DNA of 38,477 bases from a bacterium (lineage in GTDB: Bacteria; Methylomirabilota; Methylomirabilia; CAVQYV01). Positions within the stretch are counted from its first letter, which is position 1. Each line of letters begins with the position of its first letter. The stretch lies in assembly GCA_043800755.1 (NCBI GenBank), contig JAZDMQ010000047.1:1-38477 (forward strand). Reading direction: 5' to 3'. Positions 37,631 to 38,477 of this stretch are shown piece by piece. Made by a program: the position numbers and the translations under genes. The notes under the pieces are model-generated. The model searched no databases, was not told where the DNA came from, and saw only the letters and a program-made list of their open reading frames with translations.

Positions 37631-38115
37631 TAGTGATGGAATTCGTATTCACCTCGTCAGATGGTCTATACCAAGTCGTCCTTCCCACCAAAGTGGTGGT
37701 GTCTTTTTCTCAGTATTGCACGAGAGCCCATCCGAAAGAGACGGGTGGAATCATCATTGGGCACTACACGCAAGACGGACTTGTGGCAACCATAACCAAG
37801 GCAACACCGCCGCCTCGGGATTCGAAAGCCGGATCAAATTGGTTCATACGCGGCACCTCTGGACTGCGGAGCTTCCTTGAGAAATGGTGGGAGAGACCGG
37901 ATCGTCGGTATTATCTGGGAGAGTGGCATTACCATCCTGCCCTGGTTGTTGAACCAAGCGTTGAGGACATCAAACAGATGATTCAGATCTCAGAGGACAG
38001 GAAATACAGCTGTCCGGAGCCAATCATGTTGATTATGGGGAGCATTCAACAAAAGAAAAGGAGCGTTCGTGCATATGTTTTTCCCAGGAGAGATCAAATG
38101 ATTGAACTGTTTTAG
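37627..38115 (+). CDS. cap3: CBASS Cap3, JAB/MPN isopeptidase (start may be ATG 37636)
   Basis: ETGGIIIG and YLGEWHYHP.....PSVED (JAMM E...HxH...S..D). Confidence 0.93.
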   Translation: MIVMEFVFTSSDGLYQVVLPTKVVVSFSQYCTRAHPKETGGIIIGHYTQDGLVATITKATPPPRDSKAGSNWFIRGTSGLRSFLEKWWERPDRRYYLGEWHYHPALVVEPSVEDIKQMIQISEDRKYSCPEPIMLIMGSIQQKKRSVRAYVFPRRDQMIELF

Positions 38116-38477
38116 TAAAGTCAGTATTAGCGAGATGCGTAGGGGATTTGTTTGAAAACAAGAGAGATCGTGCGAGAACGGTCAGTGTATCAAGTATCAA
38201 GGGGGGTCATAATATCATAACATTCTCCTGCGATCGCGCGGAGGCATCACGCCTACAGACTCTCACGAGCAGCAAAATGATCGGTCGTCAACCTTGAAAC
38301 CCCGCCGGAGAAGGTCCACGATTTGAGGAACACGGAAACAGGACCGTGCTCTACCTCTACATCGTGGCCCCGATCGCGGAGAAACGCAGAAAATGTCATG
38401 CCTTATGAGCTGAAATCGTGCGGCCTTGGGCGTTACGGATGATAGAAAAAGACTTTGACATACCCTTCATCGCAGAC

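Noticed and set aside
38116-38477. Possible gene or mobile-element end after cap3
   Set aside because: No convincing ORF, terminal inverted repeat or RNA motif; truncated by the window edge.
1-38477. CRISPR array, rRNA, RNase P RNA, transposase or integrase
   Set aside because: No regularly spaced repeats or recognisable signatures found by eye.

Overview
A GC-rich Gram-negative bacterial chromosomal segment; gene content resembles Desulfobacterota/Nitrospinota-type lineages, but taxonomy cannot be fixed from this window. Bases 1-29.3 kb are mostly housekeeping: rpoD, tRNA(CAT), Zn-ribbon protein, RNase HI, DUF721/DciA, lpxC, DUF4390-ntrY-ntrX, rlmD, pgsA-plsY-ptsI, a TolC/MacAB-like exporter, a CbiMQO-type ECF importer, a YhhQ-type queuosine-precursor transporter, UroD-like and 3-hydroxyacid dehydrogenase genes, rodZ, an Fe-S aldo/keto reductase, fused ahbAB, dcd and nrdR. 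From 29.4 kb the region is accessory: a small CxxC peptide, tandem flavin reductases, trmO, a small secreted protein plus a decayed copy, a PLD nuclease, and a complete four-gene type II CBASS anti-phage operon. Features missed by the ORF track include a probable secreted UshA-like selenoprotein (CGU motif, in-frame UGA, SECIS-like hairpin, 24885-25862 minus), a sigma-54 promoter before lpxC, tandem NrdR boxes before nrdR, and a TetR-like operator before the exporter. All calls are from motif recognition by eye; no searches were run.
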